DNA from: a virus | Lineage: Duplodnaviria; Caudoviricetes | DNA: 43,111 bases | Reading direction: 5' to 3' (one strand) | Virus record (IMG/VR): IMGVR_UViG_3300012232_000007 | Span: 1-43,111 of that record | Translations under genes and position numbers: made by a program | In this document: piece by piece, positions 8,184-16,162 of the stretch | Position numbering within the stretch: the stretch's first letter is position 1 | Layout of the letters: each line of letters starts with the position of its first letter | Notes under the pieces: generated by a model | Told to the model about the DNA's origin: nothing | The model's input: the letters and a program-made list of their open reading frames with translations, nothing else | The model's database searches: none

Positions 8184-9119
8184 TTACGTCTGTGAGAAGA
8201 GGCCCAGGTTTTGCAGCGCCGTGATGACCGCATCGGTAGATGAGCCAGTCGCCACTGTTTGACGAGCCACCGCCGCGACCCCGTAGAAGCCGATGCCGAT
8301 AGCCGTGGCGACCGCCTGCACGCGCATCCCCTCGGTCTGCGTCTGTGCGCCATTGCCGCTAGCTACCTGAATCGGCGCGTTGAGGATGAGCGGAACGGTT
8401 GCGCCCGTACCCGTTCCTGCGCCTGGCTGGAGCGTCCCACTCGCGCCCGCCACGTTGGTGTCCGTGCCGGAGCGGCTGGACTCCCCGATGGTGAGGGTGT
8501 TGGCGATGGGAGAAGCGGAGTTGGCGGCGCCGATGCGGAGGGATGCCGCGCCCACGCGGCCGAGGGTGATATCACTAGCTCCCTGCCACGTAGATGCAAA
8601 CCCTATCTGAGTAACGTTTACATGATCGGTAATGCGAATACCGTTATTGCCCCCAGTAACAATATCAAGAATATTCAACCCAGCTTGACTTATAATAACA
8701 CTCGTAGTAGTACCTAAATATAAAGTATTTGTGACCAGCAATGGTGACGCTGACGTATTCAACGTTGACGTTAGCGTCAGCCGCGTGGCGTAGGTCTGCG
8801 TCGTGCTGCCACTGGCCACGGCCGTCGCGGTCTGGAGGATCAGGCTGCTGCCCGTCGCGTTGCCAGTGCCCAGCCCCGAGCGGATGGTGCCACTCGCCCC
8901 CGCCACGTTCGTATCAGTACCCGGACGGCTCGCCTCGCCAAGGGTGAGCGTCTGCGCGATCGGCGTGGCGCTGGGCGCGGCTCCCAGGCGCAGCGAGGCG
9001 GCGGCCAGGCGGGCGAGGGTTACGTCCTGGTTGGCGGTGTCCAGCACAAGGGAGTCAAATTTGCCCGCGCCGGCGTAGATGCCGGTGAAACCAATAGAAA
9101 CCGGAGCTTGTAAAGTCAC
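8184..9119 (-). CDS. Putative head fibre/decoration protein with duplicated ~78-aa module
   Basis: G/T/S/A-rich; two copies of D[VI]TLxRxxAASLR[LI]GAA...GTDTNVAGASGT; C-terminal ITALQNLGL. Confidence 0.65.
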   Translation of the reverse strand: MTLQAPVSIGFTGIYAGAGKFDSLVLDTANQDVTLARLAAASLRLGAAPSATPIAQTLTLGEASRPGTDTNVAGASGTIRSGLGTGNATGSSLILQTATAVASGSTTQTYATRLTLTSTLNTSASPLLVTNTLYLGTTTSVIISQAGLNILDIVTGGNNGIRITDHVNVTQIGFASTWQGASDITLGRVGAASLRIGAANSASPIANTLTIGESSRSGTDTNVAGASGTLQPGAGTGTGATVPLILNAPIQVASGNGAQTQTEGMRVQAVATAIGIGFYGVAAVARQTVATGSSTDAVITALQNLGLFSQT

Positions 9120-9128
9120 GGTGCCCCC

Positions 9129-9518
9129 TCAGCGCAAGTACATGGTGACGACACCCTGCTTGGCGTTACCCGCATTCGTGATACTGAGGCTCAGCACGCT
9201 ATCAACGAACACCGTACTGCCGTAGGTGTTCGATCCGACTACGGTCTGGATCACGGGCACGAATTGCTCCGAGCTCGTGGTGTCGCGGTCGGCCCCCGTT
9301 CCACCCAGCACGTCTACCCCGTCCGCATCGGTAATCACGACATCGTAGTTATCGGTCGGCGCCGTAGCCCCTGGGTTCGTCACCACCCGCAGGATCTCGC
9401 CGGTTATCCGCCCCGTATCGGTGCCACTGACATTCCCGGACGCGTCGGAGGTCCAGGTCCAGACAACACGTTGCATTCCCGCCGGTCGGTCATAGGTGAT
9501 GGCGACGGTGCCAGCCAT
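9129..9518 (-). CDS. Hypothetical virion protein (beta-rich)
   Basis: Head module; ATAPTDNYDVVITDADGVDVLGG. Confidence 0.65.
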   Translation of the reverse strand: MAGTVAITYDRPAGMQRVVWTWTSDASGNVSGTDTGRITGEILRVVTNPGATAPTDNYDVVITDADGVDVLGGTGADRDTTSSEQFVPVIQTVVGSNTYGSTVFVDSVLSLSITNAGNAKQGVVTMYLR

Positions 9519-9857
9519 TTACCGGCCCTTGTTTGCGGGCGGCTGACGGATCGCCTTGTCATCCTTGGGCGGCTCAGCCTTGCTCTCGGCCTCCTCCTCG
9601 AGGGGGTCCGGCTCCGGAGGGGGCGAGTCCTCCGGAGCCGGTTCGACCACGGGAGAGGGGGCCGATTGCGGATCGAGCAGGCCGTATTTCTCAGCCAGCT
9701 CGAGGGGGATCTCACCGTTCTCCCCGCACAGCACGAAGGCGGCTTCGGTCGAGGATTCCGGCACGAGCTTGGATTTGTCGAAGTTGACGTACAGCCGCTC
9801 TGGAGAGCGGTACATGCCCGGACTTGGCATCCCACTGTCCTCCCGAATGATCGCCAT
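9519..9857 (-). CDS. Hypothetical capsid-associated protein
   Basis: Head module; acidic Pro-rich tail ending PANKGR. Confidence 0.65.
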   Translation of the reverse strand: MAIIREDSGMPSPGMYRSPERLYVNFDKSKLVPESSTEAAFVLCGENGEIPLELAEKYGLLDPQSAPSPVVEPAPEDSPPPEPDPLEEEAESKAEPPKDDKAIRQPPANKGR

Positions 9858-9860
9858 GCT

Positions 9861-10691
9861 TTAGGTCACGCTGCCGATGACGGTGTAGCTGGGCGCCGCC
9901 GCCGTGCCAGTGTTGACGTAGTTTTTGCCATTCGCCGTATCCACCACCAGCGTCCCCGCCGGCGCTCCGATGAACGCCGCGGTCACGCCCGGCGTGGTCT
10001 CTGCGATGCTCAGGGTGGCGGTGCCGGTCAGCGCGTTGGTGTCGACCGTGACCAGCGGCTGCGCCCGCTTAGCGAGATTGGCGCCGCTGAAGGTCAGGAG
10101 GAAGTTCCCGACCCCCGCCGTCAGGGTGCTGTCCGACGCCACGATACCGACCTTGCCGACGTTCTTGAGGCCCTGCGTGCCCGGCGTGGTGCGAGCCACC
10201 GAGATGTCAGCGCCGGTCCGGTTGTCGACCACCTCGAGCGCGAGCTGTGGCCCGAACGCCGCGAAGGTGACGGTCAGCGTACCCACGCCTGCCGTCATGG
10301 TCCCTACAGCCGTCACAACGCCGCTAGTGCCGATGTTGCTGAGGGCCTCGAGCGCGGTATCCACGTTGTCGCGCAACGTGTTGTTCGTCGCTGACCACGT
10401 GATAGCGGCAGTCCGCTGGCCGGCCAGGCGCAGACGGAACGTGCCCGAGGGGGTGGCCGCAAACGTGATCGTCTGCACCTCGGCCGTACCCTGGAGCGCG
10501 TTGTTGACGTTGGCCAGCAACGTGGCGTTCGTGGCGGACCACGCGATGTCACCGGTCACATGCCCTTCGTAGGCGAGCTTGAACGTGCCGCCGGTGGCGT
10601 CGATGGTGGCGGTCTGGACTTCATCGGTGCCGGCCCCCGGCGCCCCGCTCATGCGGTAGGCCCTGGTAGTGGCGCCCTCAATCGTAGGCAA
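9861..10691 (-). CDS. Putative capsid decoration protein with two EVQT modules
   Basis: Directly after MCP; EVQT..GTF.L....T..I.WSATN.TL..NV..AL present twice. Confidence 0.7.
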   Translation of the reverse strand: MPTIEGATTRAYRMSGAPGAGTDEVQTATIDATGGTFKLAYEGHVTGDIAWSATNATLLANVNNALQGTAEVQTITFAATPSGTFRLRLAGQRTAAITWSATNNTLRDNVDTALEALSNIGTSGVVTAVGTMTAGVGTLTVTFAAFGPQLALEVVDNRTGADISVARTTPGTQGLKNVGKVGIVASDSTLTAGVGNFLLTFSGANLAKRAQPLVTVDTNALTGTATLSIAETTPGVTAAFIGAPAGTLVVDTANGKNYVNTGTAAAPSYTVIGSVT

Positions 10692-10734
10692 TTTGGACTC
10701 CCTTCTAGTGGCTACTAATGATCGTCAATAACCA

Positions 10735-11979
10735 CTAAATCGAGGTAACTGTGCAAAATGCACTCGGACGATAGCAGGCAAGCGCCAAACGAGACTCAGC
10801 CATGATTTTTACTCTGTTATAGAGGAAATCAGAGCCGTCCTCGGTGGCCACCGTGATGTTGATGCCCTCACGTCGGAAGACTTCTGCCTGGGTGCTGAAC
10901 GCCCCGACTAGCGCCGTGTTCTCGGTCATGGCCGTGGTGACCCGCACCGGCAGTCCCCAAATGCGATCCGGTCCCTCGTCGGAGGGGTTGCCCCAAATGT
11001 AGATGCCGTCGAGGGTCCGCAGGAGCTTGAGGTCGGTCCAGTCATTCGGATGAAACACGACCCCCGACGGCTCGCTGAACCCGCTACCGGCCGAGCCACG
11101 CACCTTCTGCATGGCCTTGTACACGGCGTCGGGGGTCGGGTCCGCGCCCTTGGCCTGGGTCTGCACACTGCGCGACAGGATGCCGGGGATGTTGGGCGCC
11201 ACGCCGTCGCCAGAGAGGATCTGCGCCTCTTCAGCCCGCTGCACCATGTAGGCCAGCCGACCCCGCACGGTGCTCTCCACCATCGGGATGTCGTCGAGGG
11301 CTTCCTTGGTCATGGGCACCCAGGTAGCAATCTTGCGCACCGTCTCGGTGCGCAGCGTCCACGCCAGCGCGGATTCGGGCTTGAGGGCGGACTCGGCCAC
11401 CGTGTCAGCCGCGTTGGTCAGGGTGGTCTCCTCGAAGTAGTCGATGGTCGGGCGATCGGTGCTGCCCTGCATCATCAGGTCCATCACCGTGCGGGTCTCG
11501 ACGCCCATGTCCTGGGTGCCACCCCGGGCCGCCTGGGGGGTCATGGAGCCGATGGTGATGATCGTCTTCCAGCTCACGCCGGGAATCTCGAGGCTGAACG
11601 AGCGCAGGCCACCGTCGCGGAACGCCTTGTACTGGCGGTCTTCCTGCAAGAGGCGGCGGAGGTCGCCGGGCTTGAAGGTCTTCGACTCGCTGGCCAGACC
11701 AGGATGCAGCATGTTGCCGGCCGGGGTCTGCGCCACGCGGATGGCCCGCTCATTGTCCTGGGCGATGCGGGCCGCGTGGGCCAGGTCGGATTCCTTGGCC
11801 GCCAGGTCGTTGATGATGGCATCGCGCCGGCGGATCTCGGCCACCTTGGCGGACGAGTCCATCATGCCGAGCAGAGTTACCTTATCCATGTCGAGGGATT
11901 CGCCGGCCTGCTCATAAATGTCGTGCAGATCCTTGCGGCGGGCGTCCAGTTCTTCTCGAACGTCAGTCAGGGAGGTCAA
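10735..11979 (-). CDS. Major capsid protein, HK97 fold
   Basis: Coiled-coil delta domain; VAESALKPES, QILSGDG, FHPNDW, IWGLPVRVT, AESRLALACYRPSAF. Confidence 0.96.
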   Translation of the reverse strand: MTSLTDVREELDARRKDLHDIYEQAGESLDMDKVTLLGMMDSSAKVAEIRRRDAIINDLAAKESDLAHAARIAQDNERAIRVAQTPAGNMLHPGLASESKTFKPGDLRRLLQEDRQYKAFRDGGLRSFSLEIPGVSWKTIITIGSMTPQAARGGTQDMGVETRTVMDLMMQGSTDRPTIDYFEETTLTNAADTVAESALKPESALAWTLRTETVRKIATWVPMTKEALDDIPMVESTVRGRLAYMVQRAEEAQILSGDGVAPNIPGILSRSVQTQAKGADPTPDAVYKAMQKVRGSAGSGFSEPSGVVFHPNDWTDLKLLRTLDGIYIWGNPSDEGPDRIWGLPVRVTTAMTENTALVGAFSTQAEVFRREGINITVATEDGSDFLYNRVKIMAESRLALACYRPSAFCTVTSI

Positions 11980-12908
11980 GGGCGTGCTCCTTCTAATGCC
12001 ACTCCAGCCGAGTGGTTGAGATCCCGGTGCAGCGCGTCGAGGGTCTGGAAGCGGGCGAACATCGCCCGGAGCTCCGCCTGTTGCGCCTTCTCCGGGTCAG
12101 GGGTGATGGCCGGCTCGGTGGCGGTGAGCAGGGAGTCGAGCTGGCCTGCCAGTTCGTCCATTTGCTCGCGCAGCGCATGGAGTCGGCGTCGGTTCGCCTC
12201 GGACAGCACGCGTCCGGACTTCTGGCGGAGATCCGCTATCTCGCGGGCCCGCTCAGCAACGGCGGAGGAGTCGAGCAGCACGCGCTCGAACTGATCCGCA
12301 AAGCGCTCGGTGATGGGTTCGGGGTCATCGTCTTCGGGCTCGGGGTCCGGTTCGGGCTCTGGAGGAGGGGCAACCTTGAAGCCGGGCACGGTCCACAGAT
12401 TGACGGGCCGCTCGGTATAGGGGTGCGATTTGATGCCGGTTACCTGGGCGAAGGAGTCGGCCGGGATCGCCACCAGCGAGGTCTCGAATACCTCGATCTC
12501 TTGCAGCTCCCGGGTCACGCCATCCTTGCCATCGCGGTCGGCCCACTGGTGCGCCAGGTAGCCGATGGACAACCCCATTGACTTGCCCCGCGCAATGCGC
12601 TCGGCGGCAATGGTGCGGGCGTTCTGCGCTTCCGGGGTGCTGTGGAAATCAGCCGTGATGTAGAGGCCGGTACGGTCCTGCTTGGCGGACGCTACCGTGC
12701 CGATCATGGTCTCCCAGTCATGCGACCAGGCAATAAACCCATTGTCGACAAAGCGGCTCAGATGCTTGGTGTAGGCACCAGGCGCAATGGTGTCACCGTA
12801 GGAGTCGACGTTGCCGAAGGTCGAGGCGTATCCGGCCAGGGAGCCGGTACCGTCACCGCTAACCTTCGCTTCGGTGAGCGGCAGGATTTTCCATTCGGGA
12901 ACGGGCAT
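11976..12908 (-). CDS. HK97-family prohead protease
   Basis: GYASTFGNVDSYGD, WSHD (His), GLSIGY (Ser), ETSLVAIPAD; C-terminal KSGRVLSEANRRRL. Confidence 0.95.
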   Translation of the reverse strand: MPVPEWKILPLTEAKVSGDGTGSLAGYASTFGNVDSYGDTIAPGAYTKHLSRFVDNGFIAWSHDWETMIGTVASAKQDRTGLYITADFHSTPEAQNARTIAAERIARGKSMGLSIGYLAHQWADRDGKDGVTRELQEIEVFETSLVAIPADSFAQVTGIKSHPYTERPVNLWTVPGFKVAPPPEPEPDPEPEDDDPEPITERFADQFERVLLDSSAVAERAREIADLRQKSGRVLSEANRRRLHALREQMDELAGQLDSLLTATEPAITPDPEKAQQAELRAMFARFQTLDALHRDLNHSAGVALEGARP

Positions 12909-12995
12909 AGAAATGGCCCCCAAGTGCTGCGACTTGGGGGCCACGATGCAGCGTGGGCACGAGTTACCCGATATGCAATTGAGGGAATAGTACCA
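12909..12995 (-). promoter_or_regulatory. Promoter and RBS-sequestering hairpin of protease/capsid operon
   Basis: TG-G-TACTAT (12995-12987); perfect 12-bp stem 12914-12943 ending 5 nt before ATG. Confidence 0.6.
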
Positions 12996-12998
12996 CAG

Positions 12999-13178
12999 TT
13001 ACGGACTAGGCTGGCCTGCGACCGGCTCGCTCTGGTTCCGAGCCTTGCACCGAGGGCACGTAACGCACCACGGACGCGAGGCTTGCTCGATCAGCAAACG
13101 TCGGCAACGCCAGCAGCGGACATCGACATCCGTCACCAGCGCCGGCCGCTCCATCTGCGCCACGCCGTCAGCGGTCAC
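12999..13178 (-). CDS. com: Mu Com-like zinc-finger protein
   Basis: DVRCWRCRRLL...VTCPRCKARN matches the Com CxxC...CPRC..N pattern. Confidence 0.75.
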   Translation of the reverse strand: MTADGVAQMERPALVTDVDVRCWRCRRLLIEQASRPWCVTCPRCKARNQSEPVAGQPSP

Positions 13179-13429
13179 TCGGCTGGCTCCCGCTTCGACC
13201 ATTGCACGCAACCAAACGTCTCATGCGTAGCTAGTCCTGCCATGTACTGCTCACCGTCAAAGCCCATAGCGAGCGTCGTGGGTTCCATCGGACTGAGGCC
13301 GTTTAACAAGGCGGGGCCTTTGCCACTCTCCGCCCACGCCATATCACAATGGCCCCAATCAGCCGGGTATCTCTCGACCGGATTCCGCCACCAGCGACAG
13401 GTCAAGCACTCGCCTTCATGATTACTCAT
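13175..13429 (-). CDS. Hypothetical Cys-rich protein
   Basis: CLTCRWW..WGHC..THETFGCVQW; coupled overlaps. Confidence 0.65.
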   Translation of the reverse strand: MSNHEGECLTCRWWRNPVERYPADWGHCDMAWAESGKGPALLNGLSPMEPTTLAMGFDGEQYMAGLATHETFGCVQWSKREPAE

Positions 13430-13608
13430 TCGGCGGCATCCATCTGCGCGTACAGATCCTCGGGCGATTCCTTGACCCAATACCCGAGCGGAGCCCCGAG
13501 CATATCAATCGCAGAGCCCCCCTCGTGCGGACGGATCGACACGATAAAGTCGATCCGGAATCGCCCTTCGCTGCCATCCTGAAACGTGGCGCGGATGAAA
13601 CCGCTCAC
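13426..13608 (-). CDS. Hypothetical protein
   Basis: GTGA-coupled start; MSGFIRATF...VKESPEDLYAQM. Confidence 0.6.
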   Translation of the reverse strand: MSGFIRATFQDGSEGRFRIDFIVSIRPHEGGSAIDMLGAPLGYWVKESPEDLYAQMDAAE

Positions 13609-13982
13609 GCCGTCACCAGTTCCCGGTGCTCGACGTGCCCGTTGTGGCTGGTCGCCTCGCGCCGCCAGAGCATCCGCAAAGGTCGTTCTGCCCCACTGCC
13701 CACCATACGCATCTCCCGACGGAACCAACGCCATTCCCGAAGACGATACGCCCACCATCGGAGTAGCCCCTGGTCATCACGATAGACAAGGATGGGCGCT
13801 GGTGCTCGCGGACGATCCGCCCCAAACGGAATCCACTGCGCGACCTTACGAACAGACTCTGTGCGAAACGTCCAACTGGCGGGATCTATATCGGGATACC
13901 GATTGCGCAGGTGTTCGCGCATGAGGTCATCCGTCATAGGAGCATTGGTCAAAGTGACCGGCTCGAAGTAAGAGATCGTCAC
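13605..13982 (-). CDS. Chimeric protein: capsid E-loop-like N-terminus plus portal-like C-terminus
   Basis: GTG overlaps portal TGA; TISYFEPVTLTNA and WTFRTESVRKVAQWIP match MCP; ends SHNGHVEHRELVTA. Confidence 0.65.
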   Translation of the reverse strand: MTISYFEPVTLTNAPMTDDLMREHLRNRYPDIDPASWTFRTESVRKVAQWIPFGADRPRAPAPILVYRDDQGLLRWWAYRLREWRWFRREMRMVGSGAERPLRMLWRREATSHNGHVEHRELVTA

Positions 13983-14030
13983 ACCCCCACCAACTCTTTC
14001 GCCTCGACGTGCCCGTTGTGGCTGGCCGCC
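13605..14030. repeat. ~50-bp imperfect direct repeat (13605-13657 and 13979-14030), 22-bp exact core
   Basis: TCGACGTGCCCGTTGTGGCTGG at 13630-13651 and 14004-14025. Confidence 0.85.
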
Positions 14031-16105
14031 TGGATCTGTGAGGCACGGGTCAGGGGGCTTGGGCAGACCCGGCAATTTGGGTGCAGGAGGGTGAGCCCCT
14101 TTGCCTCTGCCAGTGGTAAACGCTTCCCGTTGCGGTCAACACAACCCGTGAACGCACCATCCGCCCCATCAGGGTCGATGATCTCGACACCAACAACCAC
14201 GCCGCTCGCCTCGAACGAGAGCATCGAGGCGTCCACGGTGGCCCGGCCCAATTCGGTACGCGCAATCACCCGAGCACGGGTCTCGCTAAACTGCGTCATC
14301 CGCTGCACCCGCACCATGAGCTCGTCCACGCCCTCGCCCAGCGCCTGCCCCTCCTGCAGCGTGTGGGCAATCGCCCGCTGGGTGGTCTCCGTGATGCCGA
14401 CGATGTTCTGGCCCGCTTGCTGGAGGTAGGCCCGAGTCAAGGGGTCGTCAATCTCGAACGAGGTGCCCAGCACATCCTGCGCCACGTTGTGGGTGCCGTT
14501 CAGCGCCTGCTGATACGCCTTGTGGAACAGCGATTCGAGTAACCGCTGCTCCTCGTTCCAGTCGAGCACTTCCTCACCGGCTTTCGTCTCATGGAACGGC
14601 GCCGCCTTCAGCGTGCCCCGCAGTCCAGCAATCAAGCGCGATTGCTGCCCGCTGAGATAGTTCGCTACCTGTCGCTCAAAGGGCGATTGCAGGCGCGCGC
14701 GCAGACGGTGGATGGCTGGTACATAGTTGGCGGCGTCCTTCGTCTCCAGCGTGCCCCACAGCGCGTCTGAGAATGATTTGGGGATGTCGTCATCCTCAGT
14801 GTCCGGCTCGGTGGGGGCAGACTCAGGGGCGACCGGCTCAGGCACCACACCAATCATGTCCGCCGTGGTCGGCGTGACGTTGATCGGCAGATAGTACACA
14901 TCGCCGTCCGGGCCGATGGTCTCCAGACCCCGCATCTCGAGCGACTGGTTCAGCGTGATCCCGCCCTTGGCCAGCGCATCGTCTACGCGATGCCACAGCG
15001 CGTTCTGGTCGTCCTGCAGCGCCCGCACCGTGGAGATGTCGAAGTCGAACACATCGCGCCGGGGGTCCGCGAACTGCGGCATGAGCTGGCGCTGGATCTC
15101 GCGGGCGAAGAAACGCCACGCCGGGATCAGCACGTTCTCGGTGGCCTGCTCCTTGGCCTCGCGCATGTTGTTGTACGTCGATCGGTCCAAGCCCGCCCCG
15201 AGCCCGCACACGACAGCCGGCACGCCGATCACCGCCGAGATCCGTTCCTCGGGCACCCGGCGCAGGGTCTTGTAATCCATGTCGGAGGGGTTGAACGACA
15301 TGAACTGGACCTTCGTCCGGCCGGACATTACCAGCGGCTCACCTCGATGGTCGCCGGTCGTCTTCTGGTAATAGTTCGTCTTGATCTTGTCGGCTTCGGG
15401 TTCGTCAATGCTATCTTCGTCGTCCGGCGAGATCATGACATGCGGGCCCGCGCCATTCGCCAGCAGGTTGGAGCTCCAGGTGGCCGCTTCATCGTCGGTG
15501 AAGATTTCCCGCAGCAGACAGTCCAGATCACTCGAGCCCTTCTGCGGATACTTGGGGTCCAGGCCGTTCCTAAAGTGGACGACATCGGTGATCTCGAGGC
15601 GGATAGGGTCACGCTCGGGACGCGGCCGGTACTCATAGTGCGAGATGAACGTGCCAGGATCATCGCCCTGGGCCGGCTCCATCATGGCGGACGGTGCCCA
15701 CCAGAGCTGTACGGGTCGGCCCTGTGTGTTCTTGAGCACGATCCAGTAGGCGTTACCCCTGCGCCATTCGCGGTAGGTGGCATCGAATAGGGTCAGGCTG
15801 GAGTAGAAGGGGTTGGGGGTGTCGAGCAGTTCGACCAGCGGGTGATTGTCTACCGGATCAAGTTGGCCTTTGGCACCACGTCGACGGACTCGGAGCTCAG
15901 CCTCGGGGAAATTGTCGGTGATCCAGCGGAACTGGGCCTGGACGATGCTGTTATGGCTACCATCGCCCTGGTACTGGCTGTAGTCGGAGCGGGAGAGCCC
16001 GTGCACCCAGCCCCAGCCCGGACCGAATAGCTGGGATGAACGGCCGAACACCATACGGCTGACCGCCTTGACCCTTGCCCCGATCCGGTTGAGCAGCCCT
16101 GGCAA
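13979..16105 (-). CDS. Portal protein fused to MuF/SPP1 gp7-like minor head domain
   Basis: HPLVELLDTPNP, GNAYW, DVVHFR, STYNNMRE; C-terminal RARVIARTE...LHPNCR. Confidence 0.93.
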   Translation of the reverse strand: MPGLLNRIGARVKAVSRMVFGRSSQLFGPGWGWVHGLSRSDYSQYQGDGSHNSIVQAQFRWITDNFPEAELRVRRRGAKGQLDPVDNHPLVELLDTPNPFYSSLTLFDATYREWRRGNAYWIVLKNTQGRPVQLWWAPSAMMEPAQGDDPGTFISHYEYRPRPERDPIRLEITDVVHFRNGLDPKYPQKGSSDLDCLLREIFTDDEAATWSSNLLANGAGPHVMISPDDEDSIDEPEADKIKTNYYQKTTGDHRGEPLVMSGRTKVQFMSFNPSDMDYKTLRRVPEERISAVIGVPAVVCGLGAGLDRSTYNNMREAKEQATENVLIPAWRFFAREIQRQLMPQFADPRRDVFDFDISTVRALQDDQNALWHRVDDALAKGGITLNQSLEMRGLETIGPDGDVYYLPINVTPTTADMIGVVPEPVAPESAPTEPDTEDDDIPKSFSDALWGTLETKDAANYVPAIHRLRARLQSPFERQVANYLSGQQSRLIAGLRGTLKAAPFHETKAGEEVLDWNEEQRLLESLFHKAYQQALNGTHNVAQDVLGTSFEIDDPLTRAYLQQAGQNIVGITETTQRAIAHTLQEGQALGEGVDELMVRVQRMTQFSETRARVIARTELGRATVDASMLSFEASGVVVGVEIIDPDGADGAFTGCVDRNGKRLPLAEAKGLTLLHPNCRVCPSPLTRASQIQAASHNGHVEAKELVGV

Positions 16106-16132
16106 TCCGTTACTCCGCGCCTGACTGCCGAT

Positions 16133-16160
16133 ACTTTAGCACGTTGCGTAATTGCGCAAT
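16133..16160 (-). promoter_or_regulatory. Putative promoter for portal with near-palindrome
   Basis: TG-C-TAAAGT (16141-16133); TTGCGTAATTGCGCAA dyad upstream. Confidence 0.4.
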
Positions 16161-16162
16161 GG

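Noticed and set aside
8570-8775. DGR variable region
   Set aside because: No reverse transcriptase and no template repeat differing at adenines was seen
9264-12294. Long + strand ORFs (e.g. 9264..10394, 11050..12294; also 39960..41384)
   Set aside because: Antisense shadows of well-supported - strand genes in high-GC DNA, with no motifs
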